Assembly: GCA_964414345.1 (NCBI GenBank)
Contig: CAYPWF010000009.1
Span: 5,321-69,320 of the forward strand
Direction: 5' to 3'
Length of the DNA stretch: 64,000 nt
Source of the DNA: an uncultured Desulfarculaceae bacterium
GTDB taxonomy: Bacteria; Desulfobacterota; Desulfocorpusculales; Desulfocorpusculum
The position numbers and the translations under genes are program-made. This document shows positions 10,156 through 20,706 of this stretch, in pieces (within the stretch, counting starts at the first letter, position 1; every line of letters begins with the position of its first letter). Below the pieces are notes generated by a model. It searched no databases. It was not told the DNA's origin and saw only the letters and a list, made by a program, of their open reading frames with translations.

Positions 10156-10923
10156 ATGTTACTGGTGGTGGACGTTGGAAATACCAACACCGTGTTCGGA
10201 GTTTATGAGCAGAAGAAGTTGCTCAGCCACTGGCGAATCAGGACCATCCAGGGACAGACCGCGGATGAGTTCGGCATGTTGGTGTGGAATCTGTTCCAAT
10301 GGGCAGGACTGCCCATGAAGGATGTGCAGGCCGTGGTGGTTTCATGCGTTGTGCCACCGCTGCTAAGAGCCATCCATGAGCTGTGCCAACGCTATTTTGG
10401 TGTAACTCCACTTGTAGTGGGCCCTGGAATTAAGACCGGAATGCCTATCCTGTATGACAACCCCAAGGAGGTGGGGGCTGACCGCATAGTCAATGGTGTG
10501 GCTGCCTTCGAGAGATACCGCCAAGGGGTTATAGTGGTGGATTTCGGCACAGCCACCACCTTTGACATGATCTCCCCCAGAGGGGAGTACCTGGGAGGAG
10601 CCATAGCCCCGGGCGTAGGTGTGGCCAGCGAAGCCCTGTTCCAGAGGACGGCCCAGCTGCCCAAGGTGGAGTTCGCTAAGCCAGTATCGGTGCTGGGTAA
10701 GAACACTGTGAGTTCCATCCAGTCAGGATTGTTTTGGGGCTATGTGGGCCTGGTGGACGGCATAGTGGAGAGACTACGGAAGGAACACGGGGAAGGCACT
10801 ACAAGGGTTGTGGCCACAGGGGGCCTGGCCTCAGTCGTAGCCTCTGAATCAAGTACCATAGAGGAGGTCGACGAGTTCTTGCTGCTAGACGGCATGAGGA
10901 TAATCTACGAAAGGAATTCCTGA
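10156..10923 (+). CDS. coaX: Type III pantothenate kinase
   Basis: DVGNTN, EVGADR, VVDFGTATT, GGAIAPG, VATGG; GGAGG RBS upstream. Confidence 0.95.
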   Translation: MLLVVDVGNTNTVFGVYEQKKLLSHWRIRTIQGQTADEFGMLVWNLFQWAGLPMKDVQAVVVSCVVPPLLRAIHELCQRYFGVTPLVVGPGIKTGMPILYDNPKEVGADRIVNGVAAFERYRQGVIVVDFGTATTFDMISPRGEYLGGAIAPGVGVASEALFQRTAQLPKVEFAKPVSVLGKNTVSSIQSGLFWGYVGLVDGIVERLRKEHGEGTTRVVATGGLASVVASESSTIEEVDEFLLLDGMRIIYERNS

Positions 10924-10949
10924 GGCGGGCTTTGCCCAAAATCAAAGGC

Positions 10950-11142
10950 TTGCCCAAGATTATTCACCAGTAGTGGATAGTGCGGGCTATCATAATGACA
11001 TGCTTGGGCAAACCGTTCCATGCTCAAAAAAACCCTGATTCTTGGTTTCAGCTTTGCTCCTGGTTTGAGTCGAAATATGCCAAAGCTTGAGCAGGGGCTT
11101 GAGCCCATAAAGTCACAGGCTTTGGAGAATAATCCGGGCTAG
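10950..11142 (+). mobile_element. Family-1 MITE-like repeat, copy A
   Basis: Homologous to copies at 28998, 45531, 48185, 53296, 54714; ends TGCCCAAGATTATTC ... GAATAATCCGGGCTAG are imperfect inverted repeats. Confidence 0.75.
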
Positions 11143-11146
11143 AGGA

Positions 11147-12277
11147 TCACGCCCATACGCCCGGGATCTGAAAACCACAGAATCCGCACCGAGCTTCCCG
11201 CAGGTTCTTACTCAGAATCCCGAATCCCTTTCGGGAGATCACAACCTGGTTGCATGCTGGGCAGCGGGTGTTCTCATCTCTGTGCCCCGGCACGTTCCCT
11301 ATGTAAACAAAGTTCAATCCTTCCTCTTTCCCTATGGCTGCACATCTCTCCAAGGTGGCCACCGGCGTGGGAGGCAGATCCTGCATTTTGTAAGCCGGAT
11401 GGAACCTAGTGAAATGCAAGGGCACATCCGGAGAGAGCTCTTCCCGGATCCACTTGACCATTTCCCTGATCTCGGCAGGCTTATCATTCTGTCCTGGCAC
11501 TATCAAGACAACTATCTCAGTCCAGATCTTCCAGCGCTTGAGTCTAATGAGCGTCTCCTTGACCGGTTTCAGCTCCCCCCTGCAGATCTCTTTGTAGAAC
11601 CTTTCGGTGAAAGCCTTAAGGTCCACCTTCACCGCCGCCACATGATCGCACAGTCGCCTCAGAGGTTCCTCATTTATGTAACCATTGGTTACCACTACTG
11701 ATCGAACTCCTTCTTTTTGCCCCACAACAGCCGTATCAAACATGTATTCATAGAAGCTCACAGGCTCCGAGTAAGTATAGGCTATGCTTTGGCAAGAGGT
11801 TTCCTTGGCTCTTCTGACCACCTCTTCCGGGGGTAGGAAGGCTGATCTGACCTGCTCTGGCCTGAATTGGGCGATCTGCCAGTTTTGACAGAACTGGCAT
11901 TCTATGTTGCAACCCGCAGCAGCAATGGAGAAGGAGAAACTGCCCGGGAGGAAGTGAAAAAAAGGCTTTTTCTCTATGGGGTCTACATGAACCGCGCAGG
12001 CTCTGGAGTGCACCAGGGTATAGTAACGGCCTCCCCGATTTTCCTTGTTCCCGCAAAAACCCCTTTCCTGGTCAGCGATACGGCACTTTCGTGGACAAAC
12101 CTGGCACTCCACCCTGTCCCCATCCAAGCTCTGGTAAAACATCACCTCCACCAATTCCTCTCCAGCTGAAGGCTGAAGAGCCCTGCAATTTTTTGGAAGC
12201 GCTGTGGAGGCTAGGGCACAGGCCCCCGCCAACAAAACCCCCGCAAACTCCCTGCGGCAAAGCGAATTCTCCTGCAT
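11147..12277 (-). CDS. AmmeMemoRadiSam-system radical SAM enzyme (AmrS-like) with twin-arginine-like N-terminus
   Basis: VECQVCPRKC, GFCG, DPIEKKPFFHF, CNIECQFCQNW (CxxxCxxC), YTYSEP, RFHPAY, CPAC; N-terminus RREF plus hydrophobic stretch. Confidence 0.9.
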   Translation of the reverse strand: MQENSLCRREFAGVLLAGACALASTALPKNCRALQPSAGEELVEVMFYQSLDGDRVECQVCPRKCRIADQERGFCGNKENRGGRYYTLVHSRACAVHVDPIEKKPFFHFLPGSFSFSIAAAGCNIECQFCQNWQIAQFRPEQVRSAFLPPEEVVRRAKETSCQSIAYTYSEPVSFYEYMFDTAVVGQKEGVRSVVVTNGYINEEPLRRLCDHVAAVKVDLKAFTERFYKEICRGELKPVKETLIRLKRWKIWTEIVVLIVPGQNDKPAEIREMVKWIREELSPDVPLHFTRFHPAYKMQDLPPTPVATLERCAAIGKEEGLNFVYIGNVPGHRDENTRCPACNQVVISRKGFGILSKNLREARCGFCGFQIPGVWA

Positions 12278-12639
12278 GAGAGCCTCCTAGCCCAAACTCT
12301 CCCTTAAGACCGACGCTATTGGGGAGCAAACCCCGAAGGCCCGGTTTATTTTGCCATTCCCGGATCCAATCTTGGGCCGGGCTGGGGATGTAAGATCAGA
12401 GTTTTCTTTGGCCATGAATCACTTTGGCAATATGGAGAAGTTATCCTGCACTGTAAACCAGCTGTACATAGTGCAGACACAGCTTCCATAATAATAACAT
12501 GGGAAGGCCTGCCACAGTTCCACTTGGTGGTCCGCTAAAAGGATCTGATGAGCCGATGGGCTTTTATTCCTGGTGAGCCCTGCTGTTTGGGAAACTCTGG
12601 GGCAGCTCGCACTGGCCCTCTTTAGGAATAACTCGGTTC

Positions 12640-12667
12640 AAGCACCCGGCTTTTTCCCCGGGTGCTT
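12640..12667. terminator. Stem-loop downstream of the FmdB-family gene
   Basis: AAGCACCCGG / CCGGGTGCTT perfect 10-bp stem; no clear U-tract on the minus strand. Confidence 0.4.
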
Positions 12668-12687
12668 CAAGAAGAATGGCTCCTGAA

Positions 12688-12960
12688 TCAATTTTTCTTT
12701 TCAGATGCCGAGTCCTTGGAGGAATCCTTCTCGGACTTGGATGCCGAGGAGCCTTGGGAAGAACTCGAGGCAGAAGCTCCTTTACGGGCGTAATCCGTTG
12801 CGTACCAGCCTGTTCCTTTAAGCACAAAAGAAGTGTTTGAAATAAGGCGTTGGAGCACACCGCCGCAGGAAGGACATGACTCCAGGGGATTCTCGGTGAT
12901 CTTCTGCATTACCTCCAAATCCTTTCCACAGTCCTGGCACCTATACTCGTAGATGGGCAT
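12688..12960 (-). CDS. FmdB-family zinc-ribbon protein
   Basis: [12 protein letters not shown]...[27 protein letters not shown] plus Ser/Lys-rich tail. Confidence 0.92.
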   Translation of the reverse strand: MPIYEYRCQDCGKDLEVMQKITENPLESCPSCGGVLQRLISNTSFVLKGTGWYATDYARKGASASSSSQGSSASKSEKDSSKDSASEKKN

Positions 12961-13091
12961 TACCTCACCCCCCTCTCTTTAACTTATCCCGGGATCCCTT
13001 ATCCCGCTTTGATTCCAAACATCCGGGCCGGCTTGCTCTCCTTGCCCATGTGTTAAAAATATAATCTTTTTGGCCTCCAAGGCAACCCCTC

Positions 13092-16000
13092 TCAACGGGC
13101 TCCATATGGCGCCTCAGGCTCTGGAGGTAGCTCTCCTGGTGGACCCAAGTCTCCAAAAGGATTTTGGAAAAGCCTAAGGAACATTTCCATCACGGTCTGC
13201 CCCAAAGAACGAAAAGGCACGGCATTCACCTCTGGCTGATCCAGCGGGCCGGTCACCAGGAAGTAGGTGGCCAGGACGGTTCGCTTGGGACCTGCCAAAT
13301 AATGACGGATTATGGGAAGCTTGTCCACAAATCTGTCCACTCCTACGAAAGGCTGTACCCCCACCTTCAGGTCGCACTGCCTGGTTCTAAGATCAATATC
13401 CCCCACCATGGTGATCACCACGGCTTCGCTTTCCACACGCAAGTCCTCTGTTCTGAGCACCCCCTGGTCCAGCTGGAAGGTGCCTCGAATGCTCTTGAAC
13501 ACCATTCCTTCAGAAGACAAGTCGGGAAGCCTCCCGGTAAAGAGCTGACTCAGGTTCATCATGGAAAGTACGCTGGCCAAGACAGGGAACCGTCTCATTA
13601 AGCCTTTTTCTATCTCCAGATTCAGCATCCCACGATAACGACTGGGTGGATCATTGTTTGTGCCGCCTTGGATGTCCACTTTGATCCCCAGGGTTCCCTC
13701 TATAAGGGCTTCTTTAAGACCCAATGCTGCAAAGAACTCAGCTGAGCGGGCCCCCTTAAGGGTTCCTTTTAGGCTCCACATGCCCTCTGGGTTCAGGTTT
13801 CCTTCCATGGAGACCTCTCCGCCTGCCAGATGACCAACATAGCCCTCCAGGGAAATCCCATGGCCTTTTTTCAACATCCTGGCCTGCACCCCTGTGAAGT
13901 CCAATCCCAGAAACTTCATGCTCCTAAAGGCCAGGCCCATCTGGGACTCCTCAAGCTTGTCTATCCACTCTTTGAGTCTCTTACCGGATTCAGATCCCTT
14001 CTCCCCACTGTTGTTTCCCGACCTGCGGGCCAAAAATCCATCCAGATCCAGTGCCTCTCCCCTAAGCCCCCCCTTTATCTTGAATTTCTGCTCTTGCGCA
14101 GCCTGGATGGAGCCGGAAAAGGTGAGCTGCTGAGATTCCATTTCAATTTGGGCTGACTCGGCTGTGATGCCGGTTGGATTGAGCTGGAAACGACCCGAGC
14201 GAATCAACAAGGAACTTCCTGCCACTTCTTGGGAGATTCTCACTTCCCTGGCGCTTATGTTGGCATCCCAGGAAATGGATTCTTTAGATCTGACACGCCC
14301 TTTTATCTCCACCTCTCCCCCTTCCAGCTTTCCCCTTAAAACCGGCCAATGTTTGACCAGCTCATCTGTGGGACATGGAGCAAGCTGGAAGTTCCAGAGG
14401 CCTACCTCCCCTGACCCGGAGCTGCTTATGAGCATGTATGCCACTCCATACCGTGCCCGCGCCTCTTGCAAATTCCACTCGCCTCCCAGGCTGCCCTCCA
14501 GGACCAATTCCACATCCAAAGGCTCTCCCAAGGGCTTCTCCCAAAGCTCCTTGTAAACCAGCTCCGTTGGGGAGAGGTCTGCCTGAAGCCTTGCAGTTGC
14601 CTCCTGCAAATAGCCCTGGATGGAGAAATCCAAAGGCAGGTTCTCTGCTTTTACTATTTCCATACCGGGGAGGATTTGAAGAAAAGCCGCTTGCAGAAGT
14701 TCGGAGGGAATTCCCATTTTCCCCTTCAAGGAAAGGTTCGGTCGCTCATCTCCCCAGTTCTGCATGGAACCGGCCGCCTCCCACCAGGAGCCGCTCCAGG
14801 TGCCCTTTAAGGATCCTATCTCAACTTTCTTGGGAGTGGCCGTAATTTCCCCTGAATCCACCTTCCACGGGGGAGGGACCCCAGGCAGTTCACCCCAGGC
14901 CCCATTTATTCGAATCTTGGCCTCGTAATAAAGAGGATCCTTGCGCAAGAAGGCCTTGCGGAGGGTCAGATCAAGAACCGAACTTCCCTCCACCTTAGAA
15001 AGCAAAGCACCCTTTGCTCTTGATGGTGCAACCGCGGAGAAAAGCTCTTCCAGTTCAGGCCAAGCCAGCTCCAAGGAGAAACTCCCCTCCAGGAGCGAAA
15101 CCCTTCCGATCTCTGTTATACGGGCTTCCATGCCTATGAAAGCACGGTTTCTGTATTGAGCTTTGAGATTCTTGAACCAGACCCTGTCGCCTTGCCACAC
15201 CAAGGTCCCGGCCAAATTCTCCAAGGGAGGCAGGCGAGGGTCAAAACGCAGGGAGGCCTCCTCGAATTCAAGCTCCATTACAAGTCTGTTTGCTCCCCCG
15301 TTGGAGCCTTGATCCTCGGGTAAAAGCCTGAAGACCGCCCCCTTTCCCTCCCCTCCTAGGAGTTCTTCCCTGAAAAAGCCGTAAAGTGCCGGCCCTATAA
15401 GCTCGCGGTCCAAATAAGGTATGACTTTTCGGAAGGAAAAAGATCCTGCGCGAACAAAGCCCGTCAAACCATGGACAGAATTGCTTAGCTGTCCCTCCAA
15501 AGACAGCTCCTGGCTTTTAATCCTGCCTTCCTGAATGCTCCAGTAACCCCGCTCCCAGATCCCTTTGGCATGGGCTTTGAGCTGCTTGGCCTCAAAAGGA
15601 ATCTCCAGCACCTTGGGCCAGTTCACTCTTAGCTCTTTTGCCTCGAGGTATCCATCCCAGAGAAGTTGCCCGTTGGATCCCCTTTGGAGCTCCACACGCA
15701 GCCCGGCCTTTCCAACCACCCGATCCGCCTCCTGTGGCGGCAGCAAAAGCCCACTCAGTTCCTCCAAGGAGACGGACTCACATTCCAAAAGGGCCTTTCC
15801 CGAACCACTAGGCTCCAGCCTTCCCCTGAACTGAACCGGCCAATTTTGAGTCCCTGCCCTCATGTCTCCCTTGAGCCAGAAGTCCAGGGTCTGGCCTTCT
15901 TCCCCCATGTGGAGATCAGCCGTAATGTTCTGCAATACCAAGAGTTTTTCACCGGCAAAAACCCATCTCAGTGTAGAGTTACGTAATTTTATATGGCCCA

Positions 16001-16427
16001 GCCTCTGGAGCCCTGCCTCGCTCTTTCCTTGCTCCAGGAGCAGAAGCTCTGGTTGGTCCATTTCCAATCCATCCAGGATCATGGAGCGAAGGAGCACTTG
16101 GCCCGCCAGCAGATCCTTCCAGCGCAGCTCCACCGCCACCTGGGGAATCACCAAGACGTTGCCTCCCGAGGGGCTCTCCAATGTGAGCCCCCTGCCCCTG
16201 ATTTCCACCAGAGAGAGGCTTGCAAGCTCAAGGTACTCCAGCCTGGCCACATAACCCGTGGCGCGTTCAATCTCCTTACAAATCGCCGCCTTCACGTCTT
16301 GGCTATCCAGAATTCTTGGGAGCCAGATCCATCTGACCGAGACAAGCAGGCTCAAAAGGAGAAAAATTGCAAGAGTGAAGATTAGAAACTTTCTTGGTTT
16401 TCCTGTTAAGCTCAAGCCTTCCTCCAA
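13092..16427 (-). CDS. AsmA-like/YhdP-like envelope bridge protein
   Basis: N-terminal TM, long beta-rich body, C-terminal AsmA_2-like segment (FKSIRGTFQLDQGVLRTEDL, YFLVTGPLDQPEV). Confidence 0.8.
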   Translation of the reverse strand: MEEGLSLTGKPRKFLIFTLAIFLLLSLLVSVRWIWLPRILDSQDVKAAICKEIERATGYVARLEYLELASLSLVEIRGRGLTLESPSGGNVLVIPQVAVELRWKDLLAGQVLLRSMILDGLEMDQPELLLLEQGKSEAGLQRLGHIKLRNSTLRWVFAGEKLLVLQNITADLHMGEEGQTLDFWLKGDMRAGTQNWPVQFRGRLEPSGSGKALLECESVSLEELSGLLLPPQEADRVVGKAGLRVELQRGSNGQLLWDGYLEAKELRVNWPKVLEIPFEAKQLKAHAKGIWERGYWSIQEGRIKSQELSLEGQLSNSVHGLTGFVRAGSFSFRKVIPYLDRELIGPALYGFFREELLGGEGKGAVFRLLPEDQGSNGGANRLVMELEFEEASLRFDPRLPPLENLAGTLVWQGDRVWFKNLKAQYRNRAFIGMEARITEIGRVSLLEGSFSLELAWPELEELFSAVAPSRAKGALLSKVEGSSVLDLTLRKAFLRKDPLYYEAKIRINGAWGELPGVPPPWKVDSGEITATPKKVEIGSLKGTWSGSWWEAAGSMQNWGDERPNLSLKGKMGIPSELLQAAFLQILPGMEIVKAENLPLDFSIQGYLQEATARLQADLSPTELVYKELWEKPLGEPLDVELVLEGSLGGEWNLQEARARYGVAYMLISSSGSGEVGLWNFQLAPCPTDELVKHWPVLRGKLEGGEVEIKGRVRSKESISWDANISAREVRISQEVAGSSLLIRSGRFQLNPTGITAESAQIEMESQQLTFSGSIQAAQEQKFKIKGGLRGEALDLDGFLARRSGNNSGEKGSESGKRLKEWIDKLEESQMGLAFRSMKFLGLDFTGVQARMLKKGHGISLEGYVGHLAGGEVSMEGNLNPEGMWSLKGTLKGARSAEFFAALGLKEALIEGTLGIKVDIQGGTNNDPPSRYRGMLNLEIEKGLMRRFPVLASVLSMMNLSQLFTGRLPDLSSEGMVFKSIRGTFQLDQGVLRTEDLRVESEAVVITMVGDIDLRTRQCDLKVGVQPFVGVDRFVDKLPIIRHYLAGPKRTVLATYFLVTGPLDQPEVNAVPFRSLGQTVMEMFLRLFQNPFGDLGPPGELPPEPEAPYGAR

Positions 16428-16719
16428 GGCCCGGCTGAGCGTGAGCCTTTTTGAAAATATTATTTAGTATAAGCCCAAGCCGAATTGGGCACAAACAGTC
16501 TCAAGTGCATTTAACTTCATCAAAACCCGGGGGCCCCTGTGATAGAATGAAAGCAGAAGTGTCTCCACGATCAATAGGTGGAAGCCCTGGGAGCCGGATT
16601 CTTAACCTCATGCTTTTGGCAGGGTATTCGGGGCTGAACGCAACTTGGTTGATTCACTGGGAGTCCTAAAGCGTCATTTCTTCTGAACAAGCAGCATAGG
16701 CTTTGCCTGGAGGGCGCAT

Positions 16720-19713
16720 ATGAGGACGCACTATTCTCCCTGGGAGGAAGAGGTCCGGGAATTGGGCAAGACCATCTTCCTCAAGATGGGCGAGGAAAAA
16801 CCTTCTCTTTTCAGAAGGGACTATTGGATCGGCAGAATGCTTGAGTGGTGCATGGAGCATCCTTCTTTCAAGGTGCAGATGTTTAGACTTGTGGATGTGC
16901 TTCCTGCGCTTCGCTCCTCCAGACAAGTGGGACAGCATCTCAAGGAATACCTCATTCAACCGGAGGTGGAGCTTCCCCCCATGCTCCAGTGGCTTGTGAC
17001 CTCACTGGCCTCTAATCCTGTGACAGCACCTTTGGCTGCCCAGCAGACACGCAGGAACGTGGAAGAAATAGCAAAACGCTTCATTGTGGGGAGCACCCCC
17101 TCAGAAGCCTTGGATTTGCTTCGCCATGGCTGGAACCGTGGCATAGCCTTCACATTGGACCTTCTTGGCGAGGTAGCGGTGAGTGAACAGGAGGCCCTGC
17201 AGTATCAGAGTCGGTATCTGGAGCTTTTCCAGGTTCTAGGCCCCCGGATAGGAAAGTGGCCCGCCACTGATATTGAGAGGGAAAAGCATTTCCCCAGATT
17301 GAGTGTCTCCCTGAAATTGTCCTCACTTTTCTCCCAGATGGATCCTGCTGATTTTGGCGGCTCGGTCTCGGCACTGAAGGAAAGGCTAAGACCTATTTTC
17401 AGGCAAGCTCATGAGCATGGAGGCTTTGTGAACATTGACATGGAGCAATTCGCCTTTCTGGAGCTCACCCTGGCCACTTTCAAGAGCCTTCTGGAAGAGG
17501 AGGAATTCCGTGCAGCTCCGGCAGCCGGAATAGTCATTCAGACTTATCTGAGGGATTACAAGGAGCATTTGCAGGAGCTGATCCAGTGGGCCCGGGAGAG
17601 ATCCAGACCAATAACAATCCGCTTGGTCAAGGGGGCGTACTGGGACTACGAACAGGTGGTGGCCAGATGGAACGGCTGGCCTGTACCGGTTTTCCTCCAA
17701 AAAGGGGAGACAGATGCGGCCTTCGAAGAGGCCACCCGAATCTGCCTGGCAGCATATCCTTTGGTTAAGACCGCCATTGCAACCCACAATGTGAGATCCA
17801 TAGCCCATGGAGTAGTTGCTGCAAGACATCTGGGGTTAGAGGAGCATGCTGTTGAAATACAGATGCTTTACGGAATGGCTGAGCCGGTCAAGAAAGCCAT
17901 GCTGGAACTGGGGTTGCCCCTTTGTGAATACTGCCCCATAGGAGAGCTATTGCCCGGCATGGCATACCTTGTCCGGCGGCTTCTGGAAAACACCTCCAAT
18001 GAATCCTTTCTAAGGAAAAGCTTTGCAGAGGGAGTGGATCAGGAGGAACTCCTCTCGGCTCCGAAGAGCTTGGAGGAGCCCTCCCCTCAAGCCGCTTCCA
18101 AGGCTGCTTGGCCGGGATCTTACGGGCTGGAACCTCCAAGGGATTTCGGGAAAGCCCTCTTTAGGGAGAACTTTGAAAAGGCGATTCTGAGTGCAGGACG
18201 AGAGTTGGGGGAAACCCATCCCCTCTGGGTTGATGGCAAGAAACTCACAACCTCTAGGGAGCTTCTCTCGGTGAATCCAGCGCGACCTTCTCAGGTGGTG
18301 GGTCGCACCTTCCTGGCCAACCGGGAGGAAGCGGAAAAAGCCGTGACAGCAGCTTACAAGGCTCTTGAGCATTGGAGGGAAACCCCCGTCCAAAAGCGGG
18401 CCAGATTGGTGATGCGGGTGGGTGAAATCTTGCGTTCCAGAAGGGATAAGCTGGCAGCCCTTCAGGTGTATGAAGTCTCCAAGACCTGGAGGGAAGCTGA
18501 TGCGGATGTGTGCGAGGCCATAGATTTCTGTGAGTATTACTCTAGGGAGATGCTCAGGATGGCCACCCCCCGGAAAATGGATCCCATGCCCGGCGAAACG
18601 AACGATTACTTCTACGAACCAAGGGGAGTGGTCTTGATTATTGCACCCTGGAATTTCCCTTTGGCCATATCAACAGGTATGAGCATGGCAGCCCTCGTTG
18701 CGGGCAACCCGGTCATTTACAAGCCCTCCAGCCTTTCTCCCGTAACAGGGGCAGCTCTGGCAGAGGCGGTTCGGGAGGCCGGTTTCCCAAAGGGGGTTTT
18801 CCACTTTCTCCCCTGTACCGGTGGCGAGACAGCCGCCTGGCTGGTGGAACACCCCAAGGTGGCCCTCATTGCGTTTACAGGCTCAAAAGAGGTGGGGCTG
18901 GAAATAGTTCAAAGAGCCGCGACTGTAAAACCCGGGCAAGAAATGCTCAAGAGAGCTGTGGTGGAGATGGGCGGCAAGAACGCCATCATAGTTGATGCAG
19001 ATGCCGACCTGGATGCCGCAGTCCTGGGAGTGGTGCAGTCTGCCTTCGGGTTTCAGGGCCAGAAGTGCTCCGCCTGTTCCCGTGTAATAGTCCTTCAGGA
19101 GCAGTACGAGCGGTTTGTGCAGAGGCTGGTGGAGGCCACAAGGAGCATCAAAGTGGGAGATCCCCTCCACCCCTCGGTTGGGATGGGCGCAGTAATAGAT
19201 TTACAAGCCATGAAACGCATTTTGGATTACATTGAGTTGGGCAGGGAAGAAGGGGAACTGCTTTTCCAGGGGGATGCACCCCAAGAGGGTTATTTCGTGG
19301 GACCCACTATTTTTGCCCGAATCCCTCCCCAACACAAGCTGGCCCAGGAGGAGATCTTCGGGCCCGTGCTTTGTGTGATGGAGGCCGAAGACCTGGAGCA
19401 GGCTCTGGAGGTAGCAAATGCAACTCCTTATGCCCTAACTGGTGGTTTTTACTCTCGAAGCCCAGGCAACATAGAGAAGGTAAAGCAGAATTTCAGGGTG
19501 GGGAACTTGTACATAAACAGGAAGATCACGGGGGCGATTGTGGGCCGTCAACCCTTTGGGGGATTCAAGATGTCCGGAATAGGCTCCAAGGCAGGAGGTC
19601 CAGATTATCTCCTACAGTTCATGGAGCCGCGAACAATCACTGAGAACACCTTGAGGAGAGGTTTTGCCCCTGAATTGGAAACTGGCCCTAGCTGGCCAAC
19701 AGCTTTGGCTTGA
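16720..19713 (+). CDS. putA: Bifunctional proline dehydrogenase / P5C dehydrogenase
   Basis: FTLDLLGE, VNIDMEQ, IRLVKGAYWD, ATHN, QMLYGM, RRLLENTSN; ALDH half EMGGKNA, GQKCSACSR, EEIFGP. Confidence 0.96.
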   Translation: MRTHYSPWEEEVRELGKTIFLKMGEEKPSLFRRDYWIGRMLEWCMEHPSFKVQMFRLVDVLPALRSSRQVGQHLKEYLIQPEVELPPMLQWLVTSLASNPVTAPLAAQQTRRNVEEIAKRFIVGSTPSEALDLLRHGWNRGIAFTLDLLGEVAVSEQEALQYQSRYLELFQVLGPRIGKWPATDIEREKHFPRLSVSLKLSSLFSQMDPADFGGSVSALKERLRPIFRQAHEHGGFVNIDMEQFAFLELTLATFKSLLEEEEFRAAPAAGIVIQTYLRDYKEHLQELIQWARERSRPITIRLVKGAYWDYEQVVARWNGWPVPVFLQKGETDAAFEEATRICLAAYPLVKTAIATHNVRSIAHGVVAARHLGLEEHAVEIQMLYGMAEPVKKAMLELGLPLCEYCPIGELLPGMAYLVRRLLENTSNESFLRKSFAEGVDQEELLSAPKSLEEPSPQAASKAAWPGSYGLEPPRDFGKALFRENFEKAILSAGRELGETHPLWVDGKKLTTSRELLSVNPARPSQVVGRTFLANREEAEKAVTAAYKALEHWRETPVQKRARLVMRVGEILRSRRDKLAALQVYEVSKTWREADADVCEAIDFCEYYSREMLRMATPRKMDPMPGETNDYFYEPRGVVLIIAPWNFPLAISTGMSMAALVAGNPVIYKPSSLSPVTGAALAEAVREAGFPKGVFHFLPCTGGETAAWLVEHPKVALIAFTGSKEVGLEIVQRAATVKPGQEMLKRAVVEMGGKNAIIVDADADLDAAVLGVVQSAFGFQGQKCSACSRVIVLQEQYERFVQRLVEATRSIKVGDPLHPSVGMGAVIDLQAMKRILDYIELGREEGELLFQGDAPQEGYFVGPTIFARIPPQHKLAQEEIFGPVLCVMEAEDLEQALEVANATPYALTGGFYSRSPGNIEKVKQNFRVGNLYINRKITGAIVGRQPFGGFKMSGIGSKAGGPDYLLQFMEPRTITENTLRRGFAPELETGPSWPTALA

Positions 19714-19764
19714 GGTTTTTTGGGAGAGCTCGCGCTATGGGGAAGCCTCTGCCGTATGAAGGCC

Positions 19765-20706
19765 TCAAGAAGGGCGGGTGCGCCAACGCCTGTGCATCCA
19801 GACCCATTGCCCCGGGTGCTCCCTTATGAACTCCTCCAATCTCTTGGTGTAAAGGGAAACGAGCCGCCTTACCTCTTCCTGTCTTGGAGCTTTAGGGTTT
19901 GCGTAGAGCGGGGGATCCACTGTAATTCGATGTCGCCCGGCCTTCCGGATGTCCCTGGCAAGCAACAAGGGGGCTCCGCTTGCCAAGGCCAGCAAGGCCG
20001 GGCCCACAGGAGTATATGCAGGACGGCCGAAGAACTCCACAAAGATGCCTCCGACCCGTCTCACATCCTGATCTGGGAGGATGCCCAAAAACTCATTTCG
20101 CTCCAAGCACCTAAGCATCAGCCGCATGGACTGATCACGATAAAGGGTGTTTACGCCCATGGCCTGCCGCATGGAGACAAGTTGCCTGTCCAGCTCCTCC
20201 ACGTAGATGCGCCGGGCCACAACATTCATGGGGAAACCCTTTAGGGCCACATATACTGCACAAAGCTCCCAGTTGCCCAGGTGACCTGTAACAAATATGG
20301 CTCCCTTTCCTTTTGCCCTAGCTTGCTCAACATGTTCCCAGCCTTGAATCTCAACCAGCCCCAGAATCTCATGCTTTTGCATGCGCTGCATGTTTAGGCA
20401 CTCCATGCCGCTTAGGGCAAGGGATTGGAAGCACTCCAGTGCTATCTTGCGAATGGCAGAAGGCTCATACTTTTCCCCCAAAGCCAGGTTAAGCTGCCGG
20501 ATGGCCCGGTTTCTTTCTTTGGGAAGAACTTGGAAAGCCAAGAAACCAAGCAAGCGGCCCCAAGGCTCATAGCCGCTCCTTCCCAATGAGGCCACACAAA
20601 GCTTGGCCAGTTCCACTCCCAAGGGGTAAAGAGACCTGCGAAAGAGCTTGAAGCGTTTCTTAATCCATCTGCCAAGCTCCGATTTTTTCCCAACCGGTCG
20701 GATCAC
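19765..20706 (-). CDS. Lipid A/lysophospholipid acyltransferase (LpxL/HtrB family)
   Basis: VTGHLGNWE, ILPDQD, FVEFFGRPAYT, QWVWMHRRWR. Confidence 0.9.
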   Translation of the reverse strand: MIRPVGKKSELGRWIKKRFKLFRRSLYPLGVELAKLCVASLGRSGYEPWGRLLGFLAFQVLPKERNRAIRQLNLALGEKYEPSAIRKIALECFQSLALSGMECLNMQRMQKHEILGLVEIQGWEHVEQARAKGKGAIFVTGHLGNWELCAVYVALKGFPMNVVARRIYVEELDRQLVSMRQAMGVNTLYRDQSMRLMLRCLERNEFLGILPDQDVRRVGGIFVEFFGRPAYTPVGPALLALASGAPLLLARDIRKAGRHRITVDPPLYANPKAPRQEEVRRLVSLYTKRLEEFIREHPGQWVWMHRRWRTRPS

